From Candidatus Bathyarchaeota archaeon (GTDB lineage: Archaea; Thermoproteota; Bathyarchaeia; Bathyarchaeales; Bathycorpusculaceae), in contig CAVYXJ010000010.1 in assembly GCA_963772455.1 (NCBI GenBank), positions 256,001 through 320,000 on the forward strand: 64,000 bases of DNA, read 5' to 3'. How positions within the stretch are numbered: position 1 is the first letter of the stretch; every line of letters begins with the position of its first letter. The translations under genes and the position numbers were made by a program. Below, one piece after another: positions 63,012 to 64,000 of the stretch. Below the pieces are notes generated by a model. The model had not been told where the DNA came from. It saw only the letters and a list, made by a program, of their open reading frames with translations, and searched no databases.

Positions 63012-63713
63012 TCAGTGGAATTGAGTATCTTGTATTCCAGCTTCTCCTATTTGTACATAACACGTTACTTCTTCTTGAATTTCCTGTGCTTTTTCCAAAA
63101 CTACTTTAATTGTTTGAGGGTTATTGGTTGGTTTAAGGGCTATTATTGTGTCGGACCAGAATTTTAAAACTCGCGTCGCCACTGGTCTAACACTTGTACT
63201 TTGGTCGTTGAAGACGCTTCGTACTTGGCTTGTGATTATTACTGGAATTTTTTTTATTTTTGTGGTTTGCGCCAAAATAGCAAGTTGTCGGTTTAATTCT
63301 CGGTTAACCCCGAATGTTTTGGATTTAATTGAAGACTCAGAAACTTTTGCTCCGTAGAGCGACGTAAATGTATCTATTATTATTAATCCAACGTTTGTGC
63401 TTGTATAGTCGTTAATTTGGTCTATAAGCGCTATTTGTTCCTTAAAATTTTTGGGTTTCACCAGAATGATTCGCTCAGCAACTTCCTCAAATCGGTCTTC
63501 TGAAATTTGAAATAACCTTTTAGCATAGAAACTATTGTCACAATCAATAAAAAGCACTTTCAGGTTTTGGATAGCGCAATTAACAGCGCATTGAATTGCA
63601 AGGGTTGTTTTTCCAGTTTCAGGTTCACCGTAAATCAATGTGATTGTTTCAGGCAAGATGCCTCCTCTAAGGCTTGTGTCAATGCATTTGCAGCCTGTCT
63701 GAATAATAACCAT
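63012..63713 (-). CDS. radB: RadB-like RecA-family ATPase
   Basis: TGC..ID..L.GG, YGEPETGKT, IIIDT, ITSQV. Confidence 0.82.
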   Translation of the reverse strand: MVIIQTGCKCIDTSLRGGILPETITLIYGEPETGKTTLAIQCAVNCAIQNLKVLFIDCDNSFYAKRLFQISEDRFEEVAERIILVKPKNFKEQIALIDQINDYTSTNVGLIIIDTFTSLYGAKVSESSIKSKTFGVNRELNRQLAILAQTTKIKKIPVIITSQVRSVFNDQSTSVRPVATRVLKFWSDTIIALKPTNNPQTIKVVLEKAQEIQEEVTCYVQIGEAGIQDTQFH

Positions 63714-64000
63714 GCTTCACACGTCGAAGATTATTAACTGAAGCTAATAATGTATTTTGCACTTAAATCTATACTTTAAGGTTGCCATATGAAAGAAAAA
63801 GAGGCAGAGGCAACCGTTCAAGGTAAATCCTATTTTCTCATAGTTGCAAATTAAAAGAAAGATATTCCTTTATAGTGCTGCCAAGCGTCCAATGCCATGA
63901 GTGCATTTTATACAGTTGTAGCATGGTCGTAGGCACCCTAGACTATTCAGGAAAGAAACACTATATTTAAAAGAAAATAATTTGTCAAGAGTAGAAGAAA

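Noticed and set aside
1-64000. CRISPR array, rRNA, intact tRNA, integrase, transposase or intein
   Set aside because: None recognised by eye; a short or intron-split tRNA could have been missed without tRNAscan

Overview
Archaeal chromosomal window, most likely Bathyarchaeia or another TACK lineage. That assignment is inferred from gene content: PolB1, thermosome, prefoldin beta, CarS, AglB, RadB and PAC4-like and OST3/DC2-like proteins. About 1.5-16.9 kb is an accessory, mostly AT-rich region. It contains an orphan terminase pair whose 3' end is duplicated around a VapBC module, and a P-type ATPase pseudogene cut at a tRNA-3'-like scar. It also has a gene set sharing a three-copy palindromic operator, a DedA-flippase fusion, and a DUF5131 radical SAM + TcmP methyltransferase + wHTH/REase-like locus with two structured intergenic elements. 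About 16.9-29 kb is a putative membrane-lipid/glycan cluster: DUF362, SPASM radical SAM, a second divergent CobY/CobS pair, an epimerase, a DGGGP synthase-like UbiA, a tetraether synthase-like radical SAM and glycosyltransferases. About 29-33 kb is a canonical cobamide nucleotide-loop cluster, and the rest is housekeeping. Many genes carry single frameshifts that look like sequencing or assembly indels. No rRNA, intact tRNA, CRISPR array, integrase or transposase was recognised. All family calls come from motif recognition by eye, not database searches.
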